Made by a program: the position numbers and the translations under genes. Source: Anthoceros angustus (lineage: Eukaryota; Plantae; Anthocerotophyta). From it: a stretch of 64,000 nt of DNA. The DNA is taken from NCBI GenBank assembly GCA_010909165.1, contig VJWM01000025.1:2914001-2978000 (forward strand), written 5' to 3'. Of the stretch, positions 26,827 to 40,018 are shown piece after piece (position 1 is the stretch's first letter; the number at the start of each line of letters is the position of its first letter). A model generated the notes under the pieces. The model searched no databases and was not told the DNA's origin. It saw nothing but the letters and a program-made list of their open reading frames with translations.

Positions 26827-27005
26827 ATGTCGAGCTCACATACTAATCTTTCATCGAGCAAATCCTTCCAGGAGGTGTACAAAGCAAAGTAATTGTGCCT
26901 GCAGAGCCCGCAGGGGAAAAAACTTTTTGTTTCGTAAATTAAAACTCATATTGGTGGACGGGATCTTCTATCTTCCGGTCCAGGAGTAGGCTTCACTACT
27001 GTGTC

Positions 27006-29511
27006 TTAGCCATTTCTGGACCCCACAACCTGCCCTGGTCTCCGGATTCCCTGCAACATTTGTACAACCGTCTTCATCTCTGGCCGCTGTGATGGAAGCA
27101 CTTCTGTGCACCTCAGCGCTATGCTTAAGACGAACAGTAACTCTTGCCGCATAGCCGTCGTTAAACAAACACCCGATCGAAGCTCCGGATCGATCACCTC
27201 CTGGATGAGGTCCACCTTCAGGTTCACAGATTCCTTCAACCATCTCACCAAATCGTTGCCCTCGTCGCACCGTCTTCCGCTCAAAAGCTCAAGCAACACC
27301 ACACCGTAACTGAACACATTGCTACTTGGAGTGACACGGCTTGTGTATGCATACTCTGCGAAACCCACAATTACGGTCACCCTGAGGTTAAGACAGATCT
27401 ATGACAAGAGTACTGCAGACTTTGCTCTTTGGATGGAAGCGTGATGAAATACCTGGAGCGATGTAGCCGCTGGAGCCGGGAAATGTGGCAACCGATTCTC
27501 GGTGCACCTTGGTCGGATCCAGTATCCTGCTCAGCTCCACGTCTCCAACCAGAGGCACAAATTCTTCATCCAGCAGGATGTTGCTTGAGGAAATGTCCAG
27601 GTGCACCGTAGGAGGCTGGTAACCCTGGAAGAACGCAAGGCCCTGTGCAATCCCCAGGGCAACCTGATACCTTCTTTCCCAATCTAAGGCCCATGCATCG
27701 GAATCCAGAAGCTGCCGCAGAGTGCCTTGCGCCAAGGTGTCCTTATACATGAGCAGCAACTTCTGGTTGAGGATGAAGAAGTGGATCGGGCGCAAGATGT
27801 GCTTGTGTGCCAGACTTCGAAGCGATTCCAGCTCGCCCGTGATGTGATCCGCATGAGCTTCGAGTATCTTCTTGTCCACCTTCACCCTCTTGATCAAATA
27901 CCTGTGATCGGACTCCAGCGCGCCCACGCGATACAGCGTGCTGTATTTGTTTGCGCTCACGATGTCTTCCTGCTTGAAGAGCTCTTTCAGCTCGTCCTGC
28001 GCAGTGAAAGAATGCTCGGAGTCCTCTACGGACCTGGAAAAACTGAAGTCCTCGCTCTGGGGAGTTGGAAAATCGTGCGGAGTTTCTGCATCCCCCTTCT
28101 GTGGAATCACTCCGTTGGGTCTCGATTTTAGAACGGGAGTTCCCTGAGCTGTCACCGGCGCTGGAAATTTGGACCTGCAGAATCCGAGCAAGAAGAAGAG
28201 CAGGACAAGCAGCATCAGGATCCCCAGTACCACAAATCCTGCTAACCCCCAGGTCCCCGTCTTCCGTGTTGCTCCAACGGGGGATGGCGCGGCAGCCGGA
28301 AATTTGGAGCCGTTCGCTGTCAGCTTGCACTCCTGTAGCGGGGACCCGCAGAGGCCCCTGTTTCCTCTGAAGCTGCTCGGGGCACTGGCAGTGAAAGCGG
28401 GGGATTCCGGCACAGGACCTGTCAGCTGGTTGTTAGAGACGTCGATGAACGTCAGGGACGCAATCCGAGCAAGGTCTGATGGAATGCTGCCGGTGAGCTG
28501 ATTGTTCGAGAGATCCAGAACCTCGAGCTTGGAGAGAGCAGAGATGTTTGCGGGAATGGCCCCCGTGAGAGCATTGGAGCGAAGGATTAGCCGCCGGAGG
28601 TTTTGGAGTTGTCCAATCTCCTGAGGGATGTTCCCGCTGAAGCCATTTGCTGCTAGATTGATCCTGGTCAAGCTGGAGATGGCACCGAGCTGCGGAGGAA
28701 TTGAACCTGACAAGTCATTGGAATGCAGGTTCAGCTTTGCCAGATTCTGTAAGTTCTGAACCCAAAGCGGAATGCCTCCGGTGAGGTTGTTGAACTGCAC
28801 ATCCAGCACTCGCAAGTTGAAGCAATTTGACAGACTAGCGGGCAAGCTCCCGTTGAGGGAGTTGCCTTGCAGAAGCAGGTGTGTCAGATTCACAAGATTT
28901 CCCAGTGTCTCCGGGACAACACCTTCCAGCCTGTTCCCGTTCAGATTCAGGATGACGAGATTCCTCAGCTGGCCAATTGTGGCGGGAAGTCTTCCAGTGA
29001 GCCCGTTGTTGGAAAGATCGAGAACCTGCAGATCGATTGCACCTGCACGCAGCAGATCACCTGGAATGGGCCCTGAAAACTGGTTTCTGGACAAATTTAT
29101 GACCGTCAGCGTGGAGCTCAGATTCGAAGGAACTAAACCCGTGAAGTTGTTGCCCGACAGATCGAGAAAACGAAGAGAACTCAACCGGCCCAAGCTGTCG
29201 ACTGGAGTGCCCCTGAGACCCTGGCCGGGCAAGGACAGGGAAATCACTGCAGATGTGGAGGGATCACAGGTGACTCCAAGCCAGCCGCAAGCTGTAGGAT
29301 CGGAAGAATTCCAGGTAGAGAAGGAAGACACACCAGTGGTGATCTGGACGACAGAGTTGCGGAACTGCAGCAGGCCCTGAGCGTCTTCAGATTGTTGCGT
29401 GAGAACGACTCCTGCTGCAAATTCTATGCCCACCAAGAGTACGAGGAAGGTAGCAAGTACCACTACGGGAGTAATGCAGTGCAGATGAACGCAAAATCTG
29501 GCTGTTCCCAT
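27006..29511 (-). CDS. LRR receptor-like kinase, PXC3-like non-RD kinase domain
   Basis: Signal peptide, LRR N-cap (CGWLGVTC), about 11 LxxLxLxxNxLxGxIP repeats, TM segment, kinase with HLDISSSNILL, GDVELSRILDP and GYIAP|EYAYT...NVFSYGVVLLELL; one intron near 27450-27355. Confidence 0.92.
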
Positions 29512-29702
29512 GTTGCCTACTTGGAACAGCCTCTCACACAACAGTGGCAAAGGACATGGCATGCTCATGAAATCGGCAGGCATTTGGATACCTTTGCAAT
29601 TTTGGACTGAAGGACACCGGCGAACATTGTGTGCTCACCGGTTCCAGTTCCTGTTATTACGCCACGTGGCAGAAGAAAATAACTCTGCAGGCCGCAGCAG
29701 GC

Positions 29703-32253
29703 CTAGTAGCAGCAGAGGGACTGGACATGTTGGGCCTTCTTCTGCTGGTGATCTGCATCACGAGACTCAGAGTTTGGAACAGTCTCGAGCATTTCCCAGA
29801 TATTCCATTGGCTGGGACCCATCGAGTCTGCGGGAAATGATATATCCGGCTTGTCTGCACTAGACCAAAATCGGAGTCAAGTACATCCGTAACAGTTTGA
29901 GAAGTTGCCCACCAGGAGATGCTGATGCTTACTTTGTACAAGTCGGACGAAGGAATGAGCTGCACCAAATGGTGGAACCAAGCGCTTAATTATCCACTAA
30001 GGACTGCATCAGGGCCTCTCAACTTGGAACGGTGCTGCTTGGGGAAACCACAGATTTTGCAGGAGTCAAGGTCACGTGGAAACATAAAATTGCAGAAGCA
30101 TAGCCAGGAGACGTACCGGGTGGAGAGCGCTTGGCGCGATCAAGATACGATAAGCACACAGCACTGCATAAGAGTGCAACGATGCAGAAGCCAAACATTG
30201 TGCTGTTCTCCAGTGGCTGTAGACGCGCAGCCTAGCATGCCAGAGGAAGAGGTTACTGATTGGACATACTACTGCACATTGTGCTGATGCTAGGCATGGC
30301 AGTTGCACACTACAACTTACTCTGAATAATATCCACCATAGCATAACATTTGTGGGTGCTTGATACAAGGTCATGATGCCAGCTCGCCTGTCATTTGGCA
30401 AGTGTCTGCAGACAGCAATTCTCACATTCTCATCACATCCCTACTCGATATGCCATTTAAGCGTCAGGAGGAAGAAGTACTTACATGCTCCTTAGGCGAG
30501 CAAGAGATGGCAAGACGATGCCCACACAAATGTTGAACACGCAAAACACAAACACCAACACGTAAACCTCCTGCGCAAGGTAAGACTCAGTAGCTTATCA
30601 GGCCAAGAAAGGCATCCATTGGATTAGGCTAGCTACAAAAATGACAGCTTCCGCTGCCCTTCACATACCTGATAATCATAGGCTGCGATGAAAAGAGCAC
30701 CAGCCGATGCAATAAATGCCCAAGGTAGGAACTTTTCAGGATGCATGAACCAAGGTCCAGACAGGAGACAAGAGGCAATTATGCTGCCAAGAATTATGGA
30801 AGCCATCAACTGAGTGTAGATTGATCCAACTTGCACATGCCGACCATCTGCCTGATTATGCATTAGGACAGGATAAACTGAGCCTTTGAAGAATTAATCA
30901 CATTCTGCATGGAAAATACACTAGAATCCAACAGACAACTGGGCGTCAGTTTGTATCCTGTCTTCGATAGAAAGCTCACCACAAGAGTTGGAGTCCAGAG
31001 CAGCCAAAAAGTTGATACAGAGAACCCAAAACTTGCTTGCACCAATCCAAGGAGGAGAACAGTTCTGTCTGCAGAAGGCAATAACTTGTACATTCCGATT
31101 ACCACAAGTCTCTTCAGTAACTTACTTGGGAGAAAGAAGAATGCAAAGAATGGAGACCTACCCTTCACAGAGTGCAAAGCATGTGACGCTGATCTGATTA
31201 CATTAACTCGAGGAATGGTCCGATTCTCAGCCCATGTAGTGCCAATGAGGACGACACATAATCCTGTGAATACAGCGGCCACAACCGAGGAAGAGGATGT
31301 CTCGAAGCCTTGAATTGTGACCAAAACATTGGCCATCGCTCCACTTCCAAGGCCCATGACTGCTGCACCAACTGTCATCACCCAGAATGTTGCTACAAGC
31401 CACTCTTGCTTGAAGCCCATCTTCACACGTACAGACCGACAAGGAGGATGTCAGCTCAACGGGAACCATCAGAGCTCAGAGAGCATCAAGATGACAAATT
31501 GCCCTAAACGACAAAGGCAACTGGGGAAGTAGAAGTTCACACCTTCTCGTGCTCTACAACCATCCAGGCCTCGAAGGTAGATGAGAAAAGAGATGTAGCC
31601 ACCCCAAGAAATATGTGTGCAAAGCATAACATATTGAACTTGCTGGACAAGCTGAACAAGCAGCCCATGAGGTGCAGTATCCCAAACAGGATGCATCCTC
31701 GTTTCCGACCTCTGCAGCAACAATTGTCTCAAAGTGGGTAACAAATCTCATCCAACGTAACAAGCCATACATTCTGCGACGAAATCTAGTTGCTCCTTAC
31801 ACAGAGTCAGCTACTGCACCAGCAAAAGTTCCGAACAAAAGCGCACTTCCATGTCCGACTGCCAGCAGAAATGCAATGTCTCTTCTCTTCAGTCCATAGT
31901 TCTCATAACGATTCTCTCTCCACACAAAGTGCTGCTGAAAGGCCACTGCATCCACGGATGTTCTCTCTCAGCATTGCCCGGTACCAGCAAATCTACAAGC
32001 ACCTGAAATTCATCACATGAAGCACAACAACGACAATGATCGACAGCTTACACGCGGCAGCAAGGAAGGGCAGGAGGAAGGACCGCTGGAACGCAAAGAA
32101 GGAAGGAGGGAGACGAGTCAGGCTAGCAGCTCGATCAAGATGGGAGACTGTCCAGTTAGGCTTCAAAACTCTGCGTCCATACAGAAGCAAAGTGCAGGCC
32201 CCTAATAGCCATCCGTAGAGCCAGGGCGGTCCTTGCCATTCTTCGTCTGCCAT
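29703..32253 (-). CDS. MFS transporter, molybdate-anion transporter (MOT2/MFSD5)-like; multi-exon, ends approximate
   Basis: FFAFQRSFLLPFLAA, REDIAFLLAVGHGSALLFGTFAGAVADSV, FWLLWTPTLV, FNICVGIVLPSLARLRS, LPNDRRAGIMTLYQAP; hydrophobic segments in family-typical order. Confidence 0.75.
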
Positions 32254-33165
32254 TGAAGCTGTGTTGCTGCCCACTTACTGAAGTAATCGCTGTATCCTGA
32301 AAGCATCTGAACTGATAAGTTGTTTCTCTTTCTCATCGCAAGAAATGTCTTAGAGGATGAGACTTGTGGCGAAGATACATGGATGGTCCACTTTGAGGAT
32401 CGTGGTGCCCGATTACCATTACCCAGAGCTGTTATGACCCTAACTCTCCCGCGTCTGGTGAAAGGGGAATCTTCGTGCCGATGGCGATGGCTTTGCGTGC
32501 GGTGGAGCCGTACTTTGGGCAAAGTATTACTGGCTTCCTCCTGGCTGTGTACCACAGACTGGCACCGGGTTGAGAAGATCTATGTGGAGGATCGTGCAAC
32601 GCTGTGATCACTAGTTTGATGCGGGAGCACAAGAGGAAAATATGAGGAGAACTGGTGCTTGGGGCGAGAATTTGGTTTCCGCATGTCTCCGATGCCGGAG
32701 TTGCAGCGTCTGCATGCCTTTTGAAGTATGGTGTAAGCATCTGTCGAGCCTGCAAGAATCCACACAGCCCCTCAGACCTGCTGGGAGGTCGGGTAAGTGG
32801 CACGGCTCCTGTCACAGTTCCAGCTGGTGGACTTTGAATTGGGGTGAGAGTTGAGGTTCTAATGCGTTCTGCTGGGTGGCAGATCAGCCCATTGTCCAGG
32901 ATGCGTCGTGGGAGAATTTTCTGGCTGATCCTTCTCGCTGGGTGGACATCAGATCGAACAAGGTAGAATATTTTTGCGAGCTGGTGATGCTATATTTGTT
33001 TTAAAGGTTCCAACAGCGAATGAGGCCTTGGCAATGCGTTGCATTGTTCACAGTTTGTCGTGATCGCCACAGACAAACCTCAAGTATGCCGACTCCGGGC
33101 ACAGCACACCAAGGGAGGGCCTGTGGCTTGGGTCTCCTTCTAATTCTGGATGGGTTGAAACGAAG

Positions 33166-36100
33166 ATGTCAAGGAAAGTACTCCCTGCTGCATCCACGGT
33201 GTCTTCCCCTAGCCCTGGTTTGCCTGCACAAAGTGATGGGCATCCTCCTTTCAGGTACCGCTTGATTTGGTTGGTACGTTTGCACTCCCATTTTTGGGTT
33301 GTCGACTGACATGTCTGCTGGTTGGTTGCGAGCTCTGTAGGTTGGCAAGTAGTGACGATGTTGAAGCCTGGATCAAACTTTGTGGAGAGGGACAGCTTAT
33401 TGAGGCTTTTGAGGTGTTGGACCTCATGGAACGGAGTGGAATTAAGGTGTCCGCTGAGATGTTGCACCACCTTCTGAAGCAGTGCATCACAAGGAAGAAT
33501 TTAGATGTTGGCAGACGGGTCCATGCGCTCTCAACTAAAAATGGGTACGAGTCCAATTCGGTCTTAGGAACCCACTTCATCAGGTTATATTCTTTAAGTG
33601 GGAAATTGCTCGAGGCTACTCAGGTGTTTAGCAGACTGCCTGCACCAGATACATTAGCATGGACTGCAATCATTTCAGCATACAGTGAGAACAAACAAGC
33701 CTGGCAAGCGATCCAGCTTTATCATCGTATGCGGCAATCAAAAGTGAAAGCAAATGATTACACATTTGTGGCTGTGTTGAAAGCTTGTTCTACTGCAAAA
33801 GATTTATCATCCGGCAAGCTGGTCCACTCTGATGTGATGGAGAAGGGGTGCAAGTCGAATGTGTTTCTTGGCAGTATCCTCATGGACATGTATTCAAAAT
33901 GTGGGAGTTTGGAGGACGCTCGTCAGGTCTTTGACTCTTTGTCAAAGAGAGATGTGGTGACATGGACAGCCATGATTGCAGGATATGCTCAGCGTGGGAT
34001 TGGTGAGGAGGCTCTCAAGCTTTTCGATAGTATGCTGCAGGACCAGGTGACACCAGACAGCTTCACGTATGCGAGTATTCTAAAAGCTTGTGCAAGCATA
34101 GGGGTGACACAACAGGGTAAGCAGATTCATGCTCAGATCTTACAGAGGGGACTTGAAACTGACAGCTTCATTGGGAGTGCCCTCGTGGATATGTATGCTA
34201 AATGTGGTAGCCTGGATGATGCTCGCTTGGTGTTTGACAGATTGCCAAAGCGAGATGTGGTGACATGGAGTGCCATACTTACCGGATATGCTCAGCAAGG
34301 GCGTGGTCAAGATGTCTTCAAACTATATGAGACCATGAAACAAGAAGGCGTCATGCCCGACAAGTTTGTCTTTGCCAGTGTTTTAAAAGCATGTGCTGGT
34401 GTAGGAGCTGTTCAGGATGGGCAACGGGTTCATGCTGAAATCATGGAAAGGGGACTGCAGGGGGATGTGTTCGTTGGGAACACCCTGGTAGACATGTTTG
34501 TAAAATGTGGCAACCTAGAAAAGGCCCAGAGAGTGTTCGACACCTTGCCTGCCAAAACCACGATGACATGGGGTGCCATGATTGCAGGATATGCTCAGCA
34601 GGGTCTTGGCCATGAAGCTGTCAAATTGTATAAGAGCATGCAGCAGCAGGGCTTGACACCAGATCAGGTGGCGTTTGTGAGCATTCTCAAGGCTTGTGGC
34701 ACCTTGGGAGACAAACAAGAGGGTCAGCAAATTCATGCTCAGATAGTGGATGCAGGGCTACAGGACAATGGCTTTGTAGGGAGCGCCTTGGTGGACATGT
34801 ATGCCAAGTGTGGAAGTTTGGAGGACGCCCGCAAGGTGTTTGATAGTTTACCCTCAAAAGACTTGGTCACATGGAGTGCCATGATTACTGGATATACACA
34901 GCACGGGCTTGGCCATGAAGCTCTCCAACTATACATGTGCATGCAGCAACACGGCATTGTGCCGGACCATGTGACATTTGTGAGTGTACTGAAAGCATGT
35001 AGCAGCATTGGTGCCATTCAAGAGGGCAAGTGGATCCACTCCCAAATCCAGGAGAGGGGGCTTGCAGCAGATGTTTTTGTTGGCAGCACCCTTGTGGATA
35101 TGTATGCCAAGTGTGGCAGTTTGGAAGATGCTCAAGGAGTGTTTGACAGATTGCCATCGAAAGATGTGGTCACATGGAGTGCCTTAATTGCAGGTTATGC
35201 AGAGCATGGACTTGGTCATGAGGCCCTCAATCTCTATGCAAGAATGCAACAAGATGGGATGTCGCAGGCAAATGAGGTCACATTTGCTGGCATTCTGAAA
35301 GCATGTAGCATCGTAGGAGACCTACAGAAGGTTAAGCAAGTCCATGCCGACATCTTGGACAGGGGACTGGAGAAGAAAACGATAGTAGGTAACACTCTGA
35401 TTGACACCTATGCAAAGTGTGGGAGTCTTGAAGAAGCCCGAACAGTTTTTGATGGGCTGTCAGAGAAGGATGTTGTGACTTGGAGTAGTATGATTGCAGG
35501 ATATGCTCAGCATGGACTTGGTCTGGAAGCTCTGCAACTCTATCTGAGCATGCAACTGGTGGGAATAATCCCGGACGTTGTTACAGTAGTGATAGCTTTG
35601 AAAGCCTGTGGCAGTGTGGGAGCCTTACATGAGGGCAAGCAGATCCATGCTCACATTGTGGATAAGGGTCTGGGGCAGGACTTGGTTGTTGGTAATACTC
35701 TGGTGGACATGTATGCAAAATGTGGGAGCCTAAATGAAGCGCACAGGGTTTTCACAGAAATGCCAATTAGGGGTGTTGTGACATGGAATGCACTCATCAA
35801 TGGTTATGGCCAGCATAATGACTCTGCAATGGCCATTCAGTGTTTCAAGGAAATGCAGGAGGAGGGAGTGGTGCCTGATGCTGCAACATTCACTGCTCTT
35901 CTGGTTGGTTGCAGTCTCGCAGGATTGGTAAATGAGGGTAAGCAGTACTTCAACATGATGGTGGAGAAGTATTCCATCCCACCTGGAGTGGAACATTATA
36001 CATGTATAGTGGACCTCCTTGGCCGGTCGGGGCACTTGGAGGAGGCAGAAAATGTGTTGCTTAATATGCCTCTAGAACCAGACAGCGTTGGGTGGATGTC

Positions 36101-36671
36101 ACTGCTCAGTGCTTGTAAAACGCACGGGAACGTGGAGCTTGGAAAGCGCTGCTTTGATCAGCTGGTTCGGATGGATCCTCACCATGCGGCTGCTTATGTG
36201 CTGATGTCAAATACATATGCAAGTGCTGGAAGGTGGAGGGATGTACAGCATGTAGAATCTCTGAGAGAGAGAGCAGGGGCTCAGAAGAAGCTTGCAACAG
36301 CTTTTATTGAAGTGAACAGTACAGTGCATCAGTTCACAGTGGGGGCCGACAGGGCTGATACTTCCGCGAAGCTGCAGAGTCTAAATGCAAGGGCGAAGGA
36401 GGACACAGATTTGGGTTTGGAATCACTGTCTGACAAGGAGAGGGAGGATGCTCTTTGTGGGCATGCAGAGAAGTTGGCATTGGCCTTTGGTCTCCTCAAC
36501 ACGCCTGAAGGCACAACACTGCTAGTGGTTAAGAATCTTAGAATGTGTCATCATTGCCACAGCGGCACTAAAATCATTTCCAGCGTCGAAAAGCGAGAGA
36601 TAATTGTCAGAGATGCACATCGAGTTCATCATTTCCGAGGTGGGGTGTGTTCATGTGGAGAGGATCGCTGA
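33166..36671 (+). CDS. PLS-class PPR protein with E1-E2 and DYW:KP-type deaminase domain (candidate organellar RNA-editing factor)
   Basis: About 26 P/L/S motifs in one long ORF, E1 (PDSVGWMSLLSAC), E2 (AAYVLMSNTY), then KKLATAFIEVN...CGHAEKLALAFGLLNTP...KNLRMCHHCH...HHFRGGVCSCGEDR*. A likely short first exon (ATG 33166) splices to ~33341. Confidence 0.95.
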
Positions 36672-37124
36672 AGGTACTCAGGAAGATGGCACCATCACAC
36701 ACATGCCAGGGTCTGCGCAGATCAAGCATGGCATTATTTCCAATGTCGGCAGATGGATCGAGGGCTGACCGATCTCTGGACTTTGAACTTGTACACCAAT
36801 TCATATGTCTGTGTCGTCTGTTTGTTACATCTGGTGTCACTTGTGGAATCTTCGAAGGCCTTGCAGTGGAGAGATGTATTGCTTATTCACTGGAACTGGA
36901 AAACCTCAAACTGTAAATACACAGTTCGGCCTAGGAGCTCTCTCCGTGGACCTCCGTGAGTGCTTTGGAAGTAACGAACGAAGATTCTCCAAGTTAGGTC
37001 GCTGTTACTGATCATGAACCGAGGAACAGCATCTTGTGATACCTCATCTCTAAGCTCTGGGTGGAGCTTGGTTGACGTCTAGCACATAGCATATGCTGCC
37101 CGTAATGAAAGACTACATCACCTC

Positions 37125-37373
37125 TCACTTCTTTTTAACGGTTACTACGTGTTCCCATTGTCCATCAAGAGAAGCAGTCTGCTCCTTCTTAACAGTTGCT
37201 ATGTGTTCCCACTTTTCAAGACCTGTAGCACTCGGCTTCTTCTTAACAGTAGCTATGTGTTCCCACTTTTCAGGCCCAGCACCAGCCACCTTCTTCTGGG
37301 CAGTTGCTACGAGGTCCCGCGTTTCAAGATCAGCAGCAGTCACGGCCTTCTTCACAGTTGCAATGTGTTCCCA
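37125..37373 (-). repeat. Coding 54-bp tandem repeat (~4.5 units; WEHIATVKKxxxAxxxEx)
   Basis: ttcttaacag...tatgtgttccca recurs at 37186 and 37240 (period 54); peptide period 18. Confidence 0.9.
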
Positions 37374-39304
37374 ATCACCAGGCACAGGGGCAGCTATTCT
37401 GTTTGATTGAGTCTGTTCGGCTTCTTTGGTCTCGTTCCCAAACCCACATCTTTTGTACATCAGCAGTACTGCCGTATCCAAGTCAGAATCTGGCTCCACC
37501 AGTATGTCTGCAGCCTGAGATTGAAGCCATTTGCCAACCTCTACCGCTGCTGGTACCGTACAAGCTTCTAGCAGTTTGATGAATGTGGTCTGTGTTGGTG
37601 TGTGTCCATCTTGTAGCATCCGAGGGAAGAGCTCATACGTTTCACCATACTCTCCGTTCAAAATATATCCTGCAATCAGCATGCTCCATGTAACGACATT
37701 CTTGCGGGGCAGGCTGTCAAAGATCTGACGGGCTTGTTTCATATTCCCAAAGCTTGCATACATGTGAACTAGATTGGTGCCAACACTTACATCAGTTTCG
37801 AGTCCTAACTTTCTAACAGTAGCATGGATCTGTGTGCCCTCAACAACAGCTGCATCTTTCGCGCATGCAATCATTACTGCGCCGTAAGAAGATCGATTTG
37901 GGCGGACTCCTTCGAGCTGCATCTGCTGGAAGAGCTCACGAGCCTCCTTGCACAAGCCATACTGAGTGCAACCTGCGATCATAGCTGTCCAGGAGATGAC
38001 ATCTCGTGTCGACAGCTTCCTGAACACGATGTGGGCATCAAGTATGGCTCCACATCTAAGATACATGCACTGGACTGCAGTTCCAACGATAACATCCGAA
38101 TGAAATCCTCTTTGTACAACATCTCTGTGAATCAGCTTGCCGTGATTCAAATGCCCCGCATCAGTGCATGCATTGAGAACACACACATATGTGATCTTGC
38201 TTGGTTTCACACCTTCACTCTGCAACTTCCGATACAGTGTGAAGGCCTCCAAAGTATGCCCATTACTGGCATAGCCAGCGATCATCGCATTCCATGACAC
38301 CACGTCCCTCCTCAGCATGCTGTCAAATACCTGGCGTGCTGCCTCTACGTTCTGACATTTAGAATACATGTCAATCAGGGAATTCTGCACAAACTGGTTT
38401 AGATTAAGCCCCTCATCACGGATGAGCCTGTGAACTCGCTCACCATCCTCTAGACTTCTCAACTTTGCACAGGCGCTAAGCACAGAAACAAGGAGCTGAC
38501 CAGATGGCTTCACATCAAAGTCCTGCATGTGGAAGAACAAGTTCAACCCTTCTCTACCTTGATCGTTTAGCACATAACCTGTTATCATTACAGTCCAAGA
38601 AAACAAATTACGCCTTTCCATACTATCGAATTCCCTTCGAGCACTCTCTGTCTGGTTGCAGGATGTATACATGCGGATGAGATTGTTCCTGAAATATTTG
38701 TTAGCATACAGATTGTGTTTGATCAACAACGTGCGTATCCTCTCGCCCTCCTTGAATGCTTTCCTTTTTATACAGGTTTGCAGGAGTAGACCCATCGTCT
38801 CGCTATCAACCTGTAGGTCATGCTCATCTATTAGGTTCAGTGCCGAAGCCAGCCTACCCTGGTAACAGAGTTTCCGGACATCGAGGGCAACCTCCCTTGA
38901 AATCTCTGTGGGTGCAAGCCCACCTATCAGCTCAGGAGCCGACACATTCTCCACCTCATGCAAAACTTCTGAGGCCAGTGCTGCCCGAGCAGCAAATGCA
39001 TTTGAGCCGATACCCTGCATCATGGGGCCCCTTGCATCCACAACCTGAAGCCTGCCACATCTGGCAAATCGCAAACGTTAACCAGGATGTAACAAATCCC
39101 AATTCCCAGAAACGGTTCAAGCCAAAAGACATACCTTTCACTCAAGGCACCTTGAACTCTGCACAAGGCATTGTTGCAGGACGCATGATGCTGCCCAGAA
39201 ACCCAGGCTCCAGACTGGATAAACACAAGCCCACGGTCACATTCTTGAGTTCCAACATAACCCCGCATTCTGCCAGTTTCAGGATCATAAAGTTCATGTT
39301 TCAT
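37125..39304 (-). CDS. PLS-class PPR protein lacking E/DYW, with C-terminal 18-aa repeats
   Basis: PLS motifs (NLFSWTVMITGY, RDVVSWNAMIAGY, RDVISWTAMIAG, KNVVTWSMLIAGY) in ORF 37125-39074. An upstream exon ending GALSE(R) splices in frame; the start position is uncertain. Confidence 0.87.
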
Positions 39305-40018
39305 ACCGTTCCCCTATTTCTGCAGGTCCACACAAGTTGCTGCAACCCATCCCCCCGCTTCTTCCTAGCAGCTTCAGTATCCAGAAAGGCCAACCCAGTC
39401 CAGTCTCTAGCTAGCTGCGATAGCCGCCAACACTGGATTAACATCACAAGTAGAACCGACATGTAGGGACGATAAAAACTCTCCAATAATCCAGAAGAAT
39501 GGTGCCCAGACCGTACCATTACGCAGTCCATGATGCAAGACGGAGAAGCTTGAACCTTCAGTTGGCGGTTGGACCATGGTATGGTCTGGTGAGATGAAGC
39601 ACGTTGCGATATTTGGAAATGGGCCCGGCAATGTGATTGTCCCCCAGCCCCAAGCATGGCCGGATATGGCGTCCGGCACAAATGCTCGAGCTCGACTAGT
39701 AAGCGCTAGCCGAAATCCAGTCGTTGGTCGATCAAACAAAACAGAAAAATTCGTAAAATTCGTAAACGACTCACCGATTTGGTGCTTTGGTGCATAATCC
39801 AGTGTGGCACCCCATCTGAGTACGCCTTTCGGATAGACCTATTCTGCAATCAACCTGCTGTCAAATAGAAAAGGAGAGTCTCCAAAATCGTCAATGTCCC
39901 GAGCTAATTGCAGGATGAAAACTACTTGCTCTGTCATGGTGGGTTTGCCAGCGACACCTTATGTGCTCTGCTGGTCAAGCGGGGCATTCGACCATTTTCA
40001 CTTTTGCAATCCGCAAGA

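Noticed and set aside
33267-33340. ORF-track start of the PPR-DYW protein at 33267
   Set aside because: It is a TTG inside a likely intron (GTACCG...TGTAG); an upstream ATG exon at 33166 splices in frame. Many track starts are non-ATG.
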